Shown here in pieces: positions 15,263 to 24,572 of a stretch of DNA of 45,403 nt (its first letter is position 1; each line of letters begins with the position of its first letter). The notes beneath the pieces are model-generated. The model saw nothing but the letters and a program-made list of their open reading frames with translations, was not told the origin of the DNA and did no database searches. Source of the DNA: Candidatus Limnocylindrales bacterium (lineage in GTDB: Bacteria; Chloroflexota; Limnocylindria; Limnocylindrales; CSP1-4); the NCBI GenBank assembly GCA_046595595.1, contig JBKJOK010000194.1:1-45403 (forward strand), given 5' to 3'. The translations under genes and the position numbers were made by a program.

Positions 15263-16501
15263 TCAGCCCGCGAGGACGATCGGATCGCGCGGGAAGAGCG
15301 TCAGGCGCTCGACCCGGCCGGCATCGGCATCGAGCAGGACGAGATCCTCGATCCGGACCCCGGTCTCGCCTTCGAGATAGATCCCGGGCTCGACCGAGAA
15401 CACCGTCGGCGTCGGCAGGGACACATCGAGCGCCGCGGACGAGAGGGACGGCAGCTCGTGCGTCGCGAGGCCGATCCCGTGGCCGAGGCCATGCCCATAC
15501 GCCGGCCACCGCCCATCGTCGCTGATCAGACGCCTGGCAACCCCGTCCAGGTGCCGGCCGGACGGCAGGGCCAGCTCACCCTCGACCCTCGCCTCGATCT
15601 CGGCGATCACGGCCGCCTGGGCCCGAGCGACCGTCTCGTACACGCCGAGGTCCCGCTCACTCGGCCGGCCCACGAACAGGGTCCGGGTCATGTCGCTCCG
15701 GTAGCCACCGACCTGGGCGCCGAAGTCGAACAGAACCACTTCGCCAGCGCGAACTGCAGCCGACGACGGCGCGCCATGCGGCAATGCGGCATTCGGGCCG
15801 ACGAGGCACGTCGCCTCGAAGGCGACCGCCTCGGCTCCGCCGGTCCGCATCAGCCACTCGAGCCGGAGGGCCAGATCGTGCTCGGTCGCGCCCGGGACGA
15901 TCTCCGGCAGGAGGGCCGCCAGCGCGCGGTCGGCGACCGCGCAGGCCGCCGCGACCCGCTCCAACTCGGCCGGGTCCTTCGTGGCCCGGTCCGCCTCGAG
16001 CCAGCCCTCGATCGGGACCAGCTCGACGTCCGGCGCCGCCGCCTCGAGCCGGCGCCAGACGGCGTACGGCAGGAGCGCCGCCTCGATCCCGACCCGGCGC
16101 GCGCCGACCGACGCGACCAGCGCCGCCCAGTCCTTGGCCAGGTCCCGTGGCCCGTCCACGATCCGAACGTCCGGCGCCTCGCGCTTCGCCTGGATCACGT
16201 ACCGCGAGTCCGCGAGGAGGACCACCTCCGAGGCGGAGACGAGGAAGTGGCCGGACGTGCCGGCGACCTTCTCCTCGCCCTCGCCGAGGGTGAACCCGGT
16301 CAGGTAGCGCATGTGCTCGCGGCGGAGCCCGACGTACGCGTCGATCCCGGCCGACGCGAACCGTGCCCGGAGGCGGGCGAGCCGGGCGGACCGGGCCGCG
16401 GCATCGGCGTCGAGCCAGCGAGAGTGGTCCGCCGCGGTCGGCGGTCCGGCGAAGTCCGCCGGGTGGGGCAGGCCGGCGCGCGAGCCCGGCGCTGCGGTCA
16501 C
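15263..16501 (-). CDS. Xaa-Pro aminopeptidase/dipeptidase (peptidase M24B)
   Basis: ORF 15263..17086 trimmed to GTG 16501, which overlaps the mltG stop (GTGA). Creatinase-like N-domain. VLFDFGAQVGGYRSDMTRT, GHGLGHGIGLATHE and FSVEPGIY are M24 metal ligand motifs. The position upstream of efp is conserved. Confidence 0.88.
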   Translation of the reverse strand: MTAAPGSRAGLPHPADFAGPPTAADHSRWLDADAAARSARLARLRARFASAGIDAYVGLRREHMRYLTGFTLGEGEEKVAGTSGHFLVSASEVVLLADSRYVIQAKREAPDVRIVDGPRDLAKDWAALVASVGARRVGIEAALLPYAVWRRLEAAAPDVELVPIEGWLEADRATKDPAELERVAAACAVADRALAALLPEIVPGATEHDLALRLEWLMRTGGAEAVAFEATCLVGPNAALPHGAPSSAAVRAGEVVLFDFGAQVGGYRSDMTRTLFVGRPSERDLGVYETVARAQAAVIAEIEARVEGELALPSGRHLDGVARRLISDDGRWPAYGHGLGHGIGLATHELPSLSSAALDVSLPTPTVFSVEPGIYLEGETGVRIEDLVLLDADAGRVERLTLFPRDPIVLAG

Positions 16502-17901
16502 GGCTTGCCGTACTTCGCGATGTTCGCCTGGTGCTCCTTGGCGGTCTTCGCGTAGACCGTCTCGCCGGAGCCGTCCGCCTTGGCCAGGAAGTAGAGGTAC
16601 TTGTCGGTGATGTCGGGGTTCAACGCAGCATCGATCGACTTGAGCGTCGGCGTGCAGATCGGGCCCGGGGTCAGGCCCTGGCTGAGATACGTGTTGTAGC
16701 CCGCAAGCTCGGCCGGAAGCTCGGCGGGAAGCTGCTCCTTGAGCGTGGTCCAGAATGTGTAGCCGACCCACTCGGCGACGTCGATCTTCGCGAGCTGGAG
16801 CGTGTCGTTGATCCAGAAGATCGTCGGGTCCGAGCCGAGGTGGAGGTTCCCGAACAGCTTTGGGTTCAGCCGATTCTGGAAGACGCCGGCGATCAGCGGC
16901 CGGTCCACGTCGAGGACCGCCTCGCGCTCGACGAGCGAGGCCAGGGTCAGAACCTCGTAGAAGTCCAGCCCGCGCTCGGCCGGAACGTCGAGTCGCTCGC
17001 CGATCGCGGCCTTGAACCCGTCGAGCATGTCGCGGACGAGCTCCTCGGCGGTCGTGTCGGGCAGGACGCGGTATGTCGCCGGCCACAGGAACCCTTCCAG
17101 TGAGGCGCCCTCGGGCAGGACGTCGCGGATCGTCGGGTAGTCGGCAAGCAGCGCCGCGGTCGGGTGCCGGGCCAGCTCGTAGAAGTCCGCGGCGTCCAAG
17201 GCGAGCTCGCTGATGGTTTCGAGCTTGGCCGTGATCTGTTCGAGGCGCAGTCCGGTCCGCAGGGCAATCTCGACGAATTGGATCTGCTCCGGGTTGAGCA
17301 GCGCCTCGACGATCTGGTCGGGCGTCATCGACTTGCGCAGGATGAAGGAGCCCGAGGCGAGCTGCTTGGTCAGGTCCTTCTCGGTGGCGATGAACACGAA
17401 CGCCCGGCCGTCGAGCAGGAAGCCCTTCTCCTCGAGCCGGGTCGCGATCGTCCGGGCACTCTCGCCGTCGTTGACGACGAATCCGACCTGAGTCGCATCG
17501 TCCGACGCCGGCTTGGTCAAGCGTTCGCCGATGTCCTCCTTGACGAGGTCGGCCACGAACGGCATGTCGAGGGCCGCCGGGTTGTCCGAGGCCCAGCCGA
17601 CGATGGCGTCGCGGACCAGCGGCCGGAGGGCCGTGACGAGCACGGTCACGACGATCCCGCCAAGCACGAGGGCGAACAGGAGGAACTTGATGAACCCGGG
17701 GATCCCCCGGCGACGGTCGTTGTTCCAGCCGTTGCCCCCGCCGTTGTAGCCCCCTCCGTTGGAGCCTCCGCCGCTGCCTCCACGGCCGCGCCCCGACGAC
17801 TCGACCGCGTATTCCGGCTGCCAGGCGTCATCGTAGGTGCCGGGTTCCGCCGGCCGCGCCTGGTTGCGGTCGCGGGCGCGGCCGCCGGAGCGGATCGTCA
17901 T
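16498..17901 (-). CDS. mltG: Endolytic murein transglycosylase MltG (YceG-like), with a Gly/Asn-rich N-terminus and a TM anchor
   Basis: 467 aa with TM helix FIKFLLFALVLGGIVVTVLV. LEGFLWPATYRV, LTLASLVEREA and GYNTYLSQGLTPGPICTPTLKSIDAALNP are YceG motifs. ATG overlaps the ruvX stop (ATGA). Confidence 0.9.
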   Translation of the reverse strand: MTIRSGGRARDRNQARPAEPGTYDDAWQPEYAVESSGRGRGGSGGGSNGGGYNGGGNGWNNDRRRGIPGFIKFLLFALVLGGIVVTVLVTALRPLVRDAIVGWASDNPAALDMPFVADLVKEDIGERLTKPASDDATQVGFVVNDGESARTIATRLEEKGFLLDGRAFVFIATEKDLTKQLASGSFILRKSMTPDQIVEALLNPEQIQFVEIALRTGLRLEQITAKLETISELALDAADFYELARHPTAALLADYPTIRDVLPEGASLEGFLWPATYRVLPDTTAEELVRDMLDGFKAAIGERLDVPAERGLDFYEVLTLASLVEREAVLDVDRPLIAGVFQNRLNPKLFGNLHLGSDPTIFWINDTLQLAKIDVAEWVGYTFWTTLKEQLPAELPAELAGYNTYLSQGLTPGPICTPTLKSIDAALNPDITDKYLYFLAKADGSGETVYAKTAKEHQANIAKYGKP

Positions 17902-18374
17902 CGAGAGGCCTCCGTGTCTGGAGTCGGGGCGGCTGCCCGGGCGTCGAGCTCGTCCTGGAGGATGATGGCCGCCGCCTCACGATCGACGCGGGCGCGGTAC
18001 GCATCGCGCTGGGTCCGGCTCGGCGGTCCCCCCGAGCGTCCGCGCTTCATCGGACCGAGGCGCTGCTCGGCGAGATGGCTGCTGAGTCGCTCGTCACGAT
18101 AGCCGAGGGCGGCCGACAGGTGCGGCCGGACGGCGTCGACCCAGGCGCGGGTGATCGCCGCCTGGCCGCCCTCGCCGCCCGACACGTCGAGCGGCAGCCC
18201 GATGACGATCTCGGTCGCTCCCTGCTCGATGGCCAGGCGCTCGACGGCCACGGCGTCGGCCTCGATCGTGGCGGCGCGGCGGAGCGTCGTCAGGGGCATC
18301 GCGATCCCGGCGCTGTCGGCGACGGCCACGCCGATCCGGCGCTCCCCAAGGTCCAGACCGAGGATCCGGGTCAC
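17898..18374 (-). CDS. ruvX: Putative pre-16S rRNA nuclease / Holliday junction resolvase-like YqgF (RuvX)
   Basis: Only the last 158 codons of ORF 17898..19781 are used. VTRILGLDLGERRIGVAVAD and EIVIGLPLDVSGGEGGQA are RuvX motifs. GTG 18374 overlaps the stop of the upstream 663-aa gene (GTGA). Confidence 0.88.
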   Translation of the reverse strand: MTRILGLDLGERRIGVAVADSAGIAMPLTTLRRAATIEADAVAVERLAIEQGATEIVIGLPLDVSGGEGGQAAITRAWVDAVRPHLSAALGYRDERLSSHLAEQRLGPMKRGRSGGPPSRTQRDAYRARVDREAAAIILQDELDARAAAPTPDTEASR

Positions 18375-20362
18375 GGGGCGGCGGAGGCGGGGCGCGGCGA
18401 GGGGGCGGCGCTGGACCCGGACGGGCCACGCGTAGCGGACGGGCGAGCGGCGCCGCCGGACGAGGACGGCGACGCGGCGCCTGCGGCCGGGCCGTCCACG
18501 ATCGTGATCTCGAGGCGCGAATCCATCGTGGGGACGGTCGTGACCCAGTCGGGCCAGAGGGTGACGACCGCCTCGCCGTACAGGGCGAGGGCCGCCCGGG
18601 CGTCGGCGGCGGTCCGGCCCTTGATGAGGTCGCGGAGCGGCGCCGGGTCCACGATCGCGACCCCGATCGCGCGGGCCGTCGCCTCGAACGTCACCTGGCC
18701 GTCCTCGCCGACGCTTCCCGCGCCCACGACGATGTCCATCGATCCATCGACGAGCCGCTGGTCGGCGGCGACCGCCTCGCCGAGCCGCGCCTCCGCGATC
18801 GACTGGACGGGGCTCGGATCCACCGCGATGACGGTCCCGGTCGCGGTCACCCGGACGTCGAATGTCTCGATCGCCTGCCCGACGAGCGACTGCGGATTGC
18901 CATCGACCACGATCTCCCCGAGCTCCCTGGTCTGCGGGAAGAGGGTCGTGTCCTCGGGAGCGCCGGCCCCGGCCGCGATCGCGGCGTCGAAGGCGCTTTC
19001 GACATCGGCCCGGACGGCGGCGACGGCCTGGTCGACCTCGGCCTTGGTCACCTCCGGCGTCACCGTCCGCGAGCCGCCGGCGGTCGGGTCCGGGTTGTTG
19101 ACCTTCAGGAACTCCGGGTTCTCGCCCTGCGGGACCGACCGGATCGAGTTGGCGGGGACGTTGCCCGCCGTCCCGGCCTTGACGGCCTGGATCTCGACCG
19201 ATCGCGACGACGGCTCGATCCGACCGGGCGGGAAGATGAGCGTGGCCCGGGGCAGGATGACCGTGGCGACCGTCCGGAACCGGACCCCTCCCTCGGTCGA
19301 CACCTCGCTGCCCGAAACGACCGTGTTCTGGGCCGTCGGGTCGTAGTTCTGGAACGTCACCGAACCTTTCGCCGGCGACAGTTCGACGTTCGTTCCGGTC
19401 GTGTCGAATGTCTGGGCCGCCTCGACCGGGACCTCGAGGCGGATCGCCGGCACCACGCCGTTCGCGACGTCGACCGTCGTCGCTTCGGGGTCTGCGGCCA
19501 CGGAGATCGGGATCGGGCCGATCGGCTCCCGCCGCGGGGTGAGACGGATCGAGGCCGACGGCAGGAAGAGGTAGGCGCCGACCGCGACCACGATCGCGGC
19601 CAGGCCGAACAGGCCGATCGCGGCCAGGATCGGCGCCCGGGCGCGACCGCCGAGGAGCGGCGTCAACCCGGCCGCGCCGGCAGCCTCGCGATCGCCTTCG
19701 TCGTCGTCGATCTGGAGATCGTCGCCGCTCGAGCGCCCCGCGACCGGCCGGGTCGACGACGCGGTCGGGGCCGGCTGCCACGCTGCCCCGGGGGCCGGCG
19801 AAGTTGCGCCCACGCTCGCGGCCGCCGTCCCGGTCGCGATCGCGGTCGCCTCATCGGGATCGGGCGGCGGGCGCTTCGGACGCTGGGACTTACGCGGAGA
19901 CGCGGGCGTCAGAACAGGCTCGACCGTCCGGTCCGGGGGCGCGACAACCGTCTCGCTGGCCGCGAGCGTACTCGCAGCGAGCGCCGCCGTCGCCGCTGCC
20001 CGGGCCGCGGCGTCGCCCGGGGCCGCCGAGCCGGTCTCGCCCGCATCGCCGGTGCGCGTGCCCGTCCCGGACGCTGGCTTGCTGAGCGACGACTCGTACT
20101 CCCCCACCGAGCCGAAGACGGGCAGTCCCGCCGACGCCGCCAACGACCGCGAGCCGGCGTCGCCGGACACGATCGAGAGGCGCTTGTTGCTGACGAGGGC
20201 CTCGCGTGAGAGGAGCCGGAAGTTCATCCGCGAGGTGGCGATCCGCGAGCCGTACGGCACGACCACGGCGACCTTCGTGCCCGCGGCCGACCGGATGCGC
20301 GACGCCGCCGAGGTGATCTCGTCGTCGACGTCGAGATAGACGATGCCTTCAGCCATGCCCAC
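18371..20362 (-). CDS. Uncharacterised 663-aa bitopic membrane protein: cytoplasmic head, low-complexity linker, one TM helix, beta-rich ectodomain
   Basis: N-terminal IVYLDVDDEITSAASRIRSAAGTKVAVVVPYGSRI. Ala/Pro/Thr linker. TM helix APILAAIGLFGLAAIVVAVGAYLFL (about 19562-19636). The ectodomain contains GSVTFQNYDPTAQNTVVSGSEVSTEGGVRFRT and VEIQAVKAGTAGNVPANSI, which remind me of baseplate-J/gp47-like annotations (unverified). The first codon is GTG, with an ATG two codons later. Confidence 0.8.
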   Translation of the reverse strand: MGMAEGIVYLDVDDEITSAASRIRSAAGTKVAVVVPYGSRIATSRMNFRLLSREALVSNKRLSIVSGDAGSRSLAASAGLPVFGSVGEYESSLSKPASGTGTRTGDAGETGSAAPGDAAARAAATAALAASTLAASETVVAPPDRTVEPVLTPASPRKSQRPKRPPPDPDEATAIATGTAAASVGATSPAPGAAWQPAPTASSTRPVAGRSSGDDLQIDDDEGDREAAGAAGLTPLLGGRARAPILAAIGLFGLAAIVVAVGAYLFLPSASIRLTPRREPIGPIPISVAADPEATTVDVANGVVPAIRLEVPVEAAQTFDTTGTNVELSPAKGSVTFQNYDPTAQNTVVSGSEVSTEGGVRFRTVATVILPRATLIFPPGRIEPSSRSVEIQAVKAGTAGNVPANSIRSVPQGENPEFLKVNNPDPTAGGSRTVTPEVTKAEVDQAVAAVRADVESAFDAAIAAGAGAPEDTTLFPQTRELGEIVVDGNPQSLVGQAIETFDVRVTATGTVIAVDPSPVQSIAEARLGEAVAADQRLVDGSMDIVVGAGSVGEDGQVTFEATARAIGVAIVDPAPLRDLIKGRTAADARAALALYGEAVVTLWPDWVTTVPTMDSRLEITIVDGPAAGAASPSSSGGAARPSATRGPSGSSAAPSPRPASAAP

Positions 20363-20381
20363 GAAGCCTAGCGCGCAAGGG

Positions 20382-21644
20382 CTAGACCTTCATCGCGCGG
20401 AGGACCCGGCGCAGCGCGGCGTCGAGGGGATCCTCGGTCGTCTGGAGCTCGATCGCCTGGTAGGCCAGGCCGAGCGGGGTCACGTCCTGCTGGTCGACGA
20501 GGAGATCGGTGGCGTCGGTGATCGTCTCCACGATGGACGGGCCCATGACGACGACCTCGGGCGGCCGGGCGAACGAGAGCTTGCTCCAGAACCGCTCGGA
20601 GCGGAGCGCCGCCTCGATCTCGGGCAGGCGCGAGCCGCCGCCGCACAGGTAGATCCGGCCGGGCAGCAGGTCGCCGCCGCCGAGCTCCTCCATCACGAGC
20701 TCGACCCCGGCCGCCCAGACCTCGACGTCCTCGCCGACGATCGTTGCGATCTCGGCGCTCCGGTCCACCGCCAGGCCGCGGGCGTAATCGACCTTGGCCG
20801 CCTCGGCCCGTGGGAACGGCAGGTCGAGCCGATCGGCGATGCTCTTCGTGAACGCCCGGCCGCCGAGGGCGAACATCCGGGTGCCCTCGATCCCGCCCTG
20901 CCGGACGAGGGCGATGTCGGTCGTGCCGCCGCCGACGTCGACGAACAGGGCACCGGACTGGCGGATCTGTTCGGAACCGAGAACGCGGGCCACGGCATAC
21001 GGCTCGGCGACGATCTCGAGGAGCTCGAGGTCAAGCTGCGAGGCCACCGTCTGGAGCGCCCCGAGGTGGACGAGCGGGGCGAACGCGTTGAAGATCCCGA
21101 TCTTCACGTGGCGACCCTGGAACCCGACCGGGTTCGTGAGCGCATAGCCGTCGATCGACGCGCCGACGATCGCGGCGTGGACGAGCCGGACGTCGACGTT
21201 CGGCAGGCCGGTCTCCCAGGTGATCGAGCGCTCCGCCTCGCGAAGGGCCTCGCGCTGGACGCTGTCGATCAGCTTCTGGAGCTCGGCCTCGGTGATCGGG
21301 ACGTCGGGCTTCTTGCGCTCCTGGCTGCTGTGGGTCGTGAAGCCCTTGACGAGCTCGCCGGCGATCCCGATCACGACCTGGCTCGGCCGGAAGCCAGCCA
21401 TCTCCTCGGCCTCCTGGAGGGCGACCGAGCAGTTGTCGACGACGGCTGCGATGTCGGCGACCGTGCCCGACGACATGTGGCTCAGACCCTGCCGCTTGCG
21501 GCCGACCCCGCGGACCGTGCCGTGCCCGTCGTCGCCGATCTCGAAGACGAGGGCCTTCGCGAATTCGGTCCCGATGTCGAGGGCGGTGCAGGCGGCCAGC
21601 GACTCGCCGTCGTCGCGCTGCCAGAGCCGGCGCAGGAAGGCCAC
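20382..21644 (-). CDS. FtsA-like actin-fold (ASKHA) ATPase
   Basis: 420 aa, GTG start. ALDIGTEFAKALVF (phosphate-1), ALFVDVGGGTTDIALV (phosphate-2) and IYLCGGGSRLPEI (adenosine). Middle region resembles FtsA (LVHAAIVGASIDGYALTNPVGFQGRHVKI). C-terminal amphipathic LDAALRRVLRAMKV. Confidence 0.85.
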   Translation of the reverse strand: MAFLRRLWQRDDGESLAACTALDIGTEFAKALVFEIGDDGHGTVRGVGRKRQGLSHMSSGTVADIAAVVDNCSVALQEAEEMAGFRPSQVVIGIAGELVKGFTTHSSQERKKPDVPITEAELQKLIDSVQREALREAERSITWETGLPNVDVRLVHAAIVGASIDGYALTNPVGFQGRHVKIGIFNAFAPLVHLGALQTVASQLDLELLEIVAEPYAVARVLGSEQIRQSGALFVDVGGGTTDIALVRQGGIEGTRMFALGGRAFTKSIADRLDLPFPRAEAAKVDYARGLAVDRSAEIATIVGEDVEVWAAGVELVMEELGGGDLLPGRIYLCGGGSRLPEIEAALRSERFWSKLSFARPPEVVVMGPSIVETITDATDLLVDQQDVTPLGLAYQAIELQTTEDPLDAALRRVLRAMKV

Positions 21645-21720
21645 GCTCAGCTCGCCCCGGCCAGGACGATCGTGGCGAGACGTGCCGGCCCGGCCCTGGT
21701 CGGGAGCCGACGGTCGACGG

Positions 21721-24504
21721 TCACGCGGGCTTCGCGGCGTCGAGCCGGGAGCGGATCGCGTCGGCGACGGCCGTCAGCGCCGCTGGCAGCCCGTCGCGCT
21801 TCGTGCCCTTGCCCTGGGCCATCTCGGGCCGGCCTCCGCCACGACCTTCGATCGCGGGCGCGGCCTGGCGCACGAGGTCGCCGGCTGCGATCCCGAGGGC
21901 GACGAGATCGTCGCTGACGGTGACGAACAGCTGGGGCTCGTCGGCGTCGAGGGCGAGGGCGATCACGCCAGAGCCGAAGATCCCGCGGAGGTCCTTCGAG
22001 GCGCCCTTCAGCGTGTCGATCGACTCGTAGGGCCCGGCGAACGCGACGAGCTTCACGCCCGGCGCGATCTCCTCCGCCCGGGCCGCGAGATCGGCCGACG
22101 TCGGCAGCCCGCCGCCGGTCCCGGCTGCGGCCGCGGCCTTGAGCCGCCGCTTCGTCTCGCGCAGCTCGTCCTGGAGAGCCGCGATCCGATCGGCCACGAC
22201 CTCGACGGTCTGTGCGCCGGCGGCTGCGGCCGCGGCCGCGAGCGCGTCCGTGCGCGTCCGGAGGTGCGCATCCGCGCCCGCGCCGGTGAGGGCCTCGATC
22301 CGGCGCATGCCGGATCCGATCGACCGCTCGGCGGTGATCACGAAGCTGCCGATCTGGCCCGACGCCCGGCAGTGCGTCCCGCCGCACAGCTCGTGGCTGA
22401 AGCCCTCGACCCGGACCGTCCTGACCGTCTCGCCGTACTTCTCGTCGAAGAACGCGTCGGCGCCGGCGGCGATCGCCTCCGGCATCGTCATGAACGCCGG
22501 TATGACAGTTCGATCGTCACGGATCACGGCCCGGACCTGGTCCTCGATCGCCCGGGTCTCCTCGGGCGTGAGCGGCCGGTCGAACGGGAAGTCGAAGCGG
22601 AGGTAGTCGGGTGTCACGAGGGAGCCTGCCTGGCGAGCGGCCTCGCCGACGACGTTGCGCAGGGCACGGTGGAGGAGGTGGGTCCCGGTGTGGTTGCGCA
22701 TCGTATGGGCACGCCGCTCGGGATCGACGACCGCGTCCACGGTCTCACCGACCCGGAGCCGGCCGTGGAGCGTGCCGCGCTGGACGATCAGCCCGCCGAC
22801 CGGGCGCTGGGTGTCCTCGACGCTGAAGAGGGACGAGCCGCCGCCGGCCTCGCGCAGCTCGCCGCGGTCGCCGACCTGTCCGCCGCCCTCGGCGTAGAAC
22901 GGGCTGGCGTCGAGGACGATCTCGGCGGCGCCCTGACCGGTCAGCTCGTCGAACTCCATCCCGTCCCGGACGATCGCGACGATCGACGCCGGGGCCGAGG
23001 TCGTGTCGTAGCCCAGGAAGCGGGTATCGCCGCGGCGGGCCTGGATCGCCTGGTACAGAGTGGTGAACTCGGCGTGCTTCGCGAGCTCGGCCTTCTTGCC
23101 CGAGCGACTCCGCTCGCGCTGCTCGGCGAGGGCGGCGTCGAATCCTGCCCGGTCCACCCCGACGCCGGACTCGGCCGCCAGCTCGATCGTCAGGTCGATC
23201 GGGAAGCCGAACGTGTCGTGGAGCCGGAACGCGAGATCGCCCGGAACCTCGGCTGCACCGGCCGGGAGATCCTCCGGCCGTCGCCCGACGACGCGCTCGA
23301 CGCCCGGGGCAAGGCCGGTCAGGGCCGCCTCGAGCTGGGACGTGCCGGCATCGAGCGTTCGGGCGAACTGGGCCTCCTCGCGCTCGATCGCGGCGAGGAT
23401 CGCCTCCGTCCGGTCGATCAGGTACGGGTAGGCCTCGCTCATGATCTCGATCACCACGGTCCCGAGCTCGCCCATGAACGGCTCGCGCCGGCCGACGAGC
23501 CGGCCGTGGCGAACGGCCCGGCGCATGATCCGGCGGAGGACGTAGCCGCGGCCCTCATTGCCCGGCAGGACGCCGTCGGCGATCAGGAACACGACGGCCC
23601 GGGCGTGATCGGCGATGACCTGGTAGCTGAACCGCTCGGCCTCGAAGGCGGCCGGATCGTGGCCCATCAGCGCCCGCATCCGGTCGTGGATCGGGACGAA
23701 CAGGTCGGTGTCGAAGTTGCTCGGGACCTGCTGGAGCACGCTCGCCAGCCGCTCCAGGCCCAGACCGGTGTCGACGCTCGTGAACGGCAGCGGGACCCGG
23801 CCCGACGGGCGCTGGTCGAACTCCATGAAGACGAGGTTCCAGAGCTCGAGCCAGCGCGGGCAGCTCTCCGAGTGGTCGGGGATGCATTCCGGGCCCTCGG
23901 ACAGATGAGCGCCGCGATCGAAGTGGATCTCGCTGCACGGGCCGCACGGTCCGCTGTCGGCCATCCGCCAGAAGTTGCTGTCATCACCACTGTCGACGTC
24001 ACCCCAGACGGCCATCCGCTCGGGTGGCAGGCCGATCTCGTCGCGCCACACCTGGCGGGCGACCTCGTCGTCCTTGTACGTCGTCGCCGCCAAACGCTCG
24101 GGCGGGATGCCCATGTCCTTTGTCAGGAAGTCCCAGGCGTAGTGGATCGCGTCGCGCTTGAAGTAGTCGCCAAAGCTCCAGTTGCCGAGCATCTCGAAGA
24201 AGGTGTGGTGGCGGGTCGTCCGGCCGACCTCCTCGAAGTCGTTGTGCTTGCCGGCGACCCGCAGGACGCGCTGGTAGTCGACCGCTCGGTTGTAGCTCCG
24301 GGTCTCCGAGCCGGTCAGGACCTCCTTGAACTGGACCATGCCCGAGTTCGTGAACAGGAGGGTCGCGTCGCCGGCCGGGACGAGGCTGGCGCTGGGCACG
24401 GCGGTGTGGCCGCGCTCCGCGAAGAACTCGACGAAGCGGCGGCGGATCTCGGCGGCGGGCAGGGACTTGATCCGCGGATCGTGCTCGGTGACGGGGGGCG
24501 ACAC
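21721..24504 (-). CDS. alaS: Alanine--tRNA ligase
   Basis: 927 aa, GTG start. IRRRFVEFFAERGHTAVPSASLVP, FTNSGMVQFK and GDYFK (class II core). HTGTHLLHRALR with ELCGGTHC (editing domain). C-terminal DHHA1-like region. Confidence 0.97.
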   Translation of the reverse strand: MSPPVTEHDPRIKSLPAAEIRRRFVEFFAERGHTAVPSASLVPAGDATLLFTNSGMVQFKEVLTGSETRSYNRAVDYQRVLRVAGKHNDFEEVGRTTRHHTFFEMLGNWSFGDYFKRDAIHYAWDFLTKDMGIPPERLAATTYKDDEVARQVWRDEIGLPPERMAVWGDVDSGDDSNFWRMADSGPCGPCSEIHFDRGAHLSEGPECIPDHSESCPRWLELWNLVFMEFDQRPSGRVPLPFTSVDTGLGLERLASVLQQVPSNFDTDLFVPIHDRMRALMGHDPAAFEAERFSYQVIADHARAVVFLIADGVLPGNEGRGYVLRRIMRRAVRHGRLVGRREPFMGELGTVVIEIMSEAYPYLIDRTEAILAAIEREEAQFARTLDAGTSQLEAALTGLAPGVERVVGRRPEDLPAGAAEVPGDLAFRLHDTFGFPIDLTIELAAESGVGVDRAGFDAALAEQRERSRSGKKAELAKHAEFTTLYQAIQARRGDTRFLGYDTTSAPASIVAIVRDGMEFDELTGQGAAEIVLDASPFYAEGGGQVGDRGELREAGGGSSLFSVEDTQRPVGGLIVQRGTLHGRLRVGETVDAVVDPERRAHTMRNHTGTHLLHRALRNVVGEAARQAGSLVTPDYLRFDFPFDRPLTPEETRAIEDQVRAVIRDDRTVIPAFMTMPEAIAAGADAFFDEKYGETVRTVRVEGFSHELCGGTHCRASGQIGSFVITAERSIGSGMRRIEALTGAGADAHLRTRTDALAAAAAAAGAQTVEVVADRIAALQDELRETKRRLKAAAAAGTGGGLPTSADLAARAEEIAPGVKLVAFAGPYESIDTLKGASKDLRGIFGSGVIALALDADEPQLFVTVSDDLVALGIAAGDLVRQAAPAIEGRGGGRPEMAQGKGTKRDGLPAALTAVADAIRSRLDAAKPA

Positions 24505-24572
24505 GGCGGCAATGGTACCGAACGAGCGGCGTGATCGAACCGTGCTCCGAGTCCGGTCCGGCCAACCCGGCG

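Noticed and set aside
16502-17086. Upstream extensions of tracked ORFs (15263..17086, 39308..41692, 36329..37720, 6760..7881, 297..1490, 3177..4202, 4111..6027, 29038..31161, 27557..29719, 43129..44025)
   Set aside because: The extensions overlap the preceding gene in another frame and are compositionally junk. Starts were reset to codons that abut or overlap the upstream stop, or that follow an RBS.
18375-19781. N-terminal 469 codons of the 627-aa ORF 17898..19781
   Set aside because: It is an Arg/Gly/Pro-rich alternative frame of the 663-aa membrane-protein gene. Only the last 158 codons (from GTG 18374) show RuvX motifs.
24505-24572. T-box or other known leader upstream of alaS
   Set aside because: I found no T-box-like conserved sequence or specifier/antiterminator arrangement, and the start codon is only ~70 nt from the first repeat. 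I cannot exclude a novel leader (see the finding on the island).
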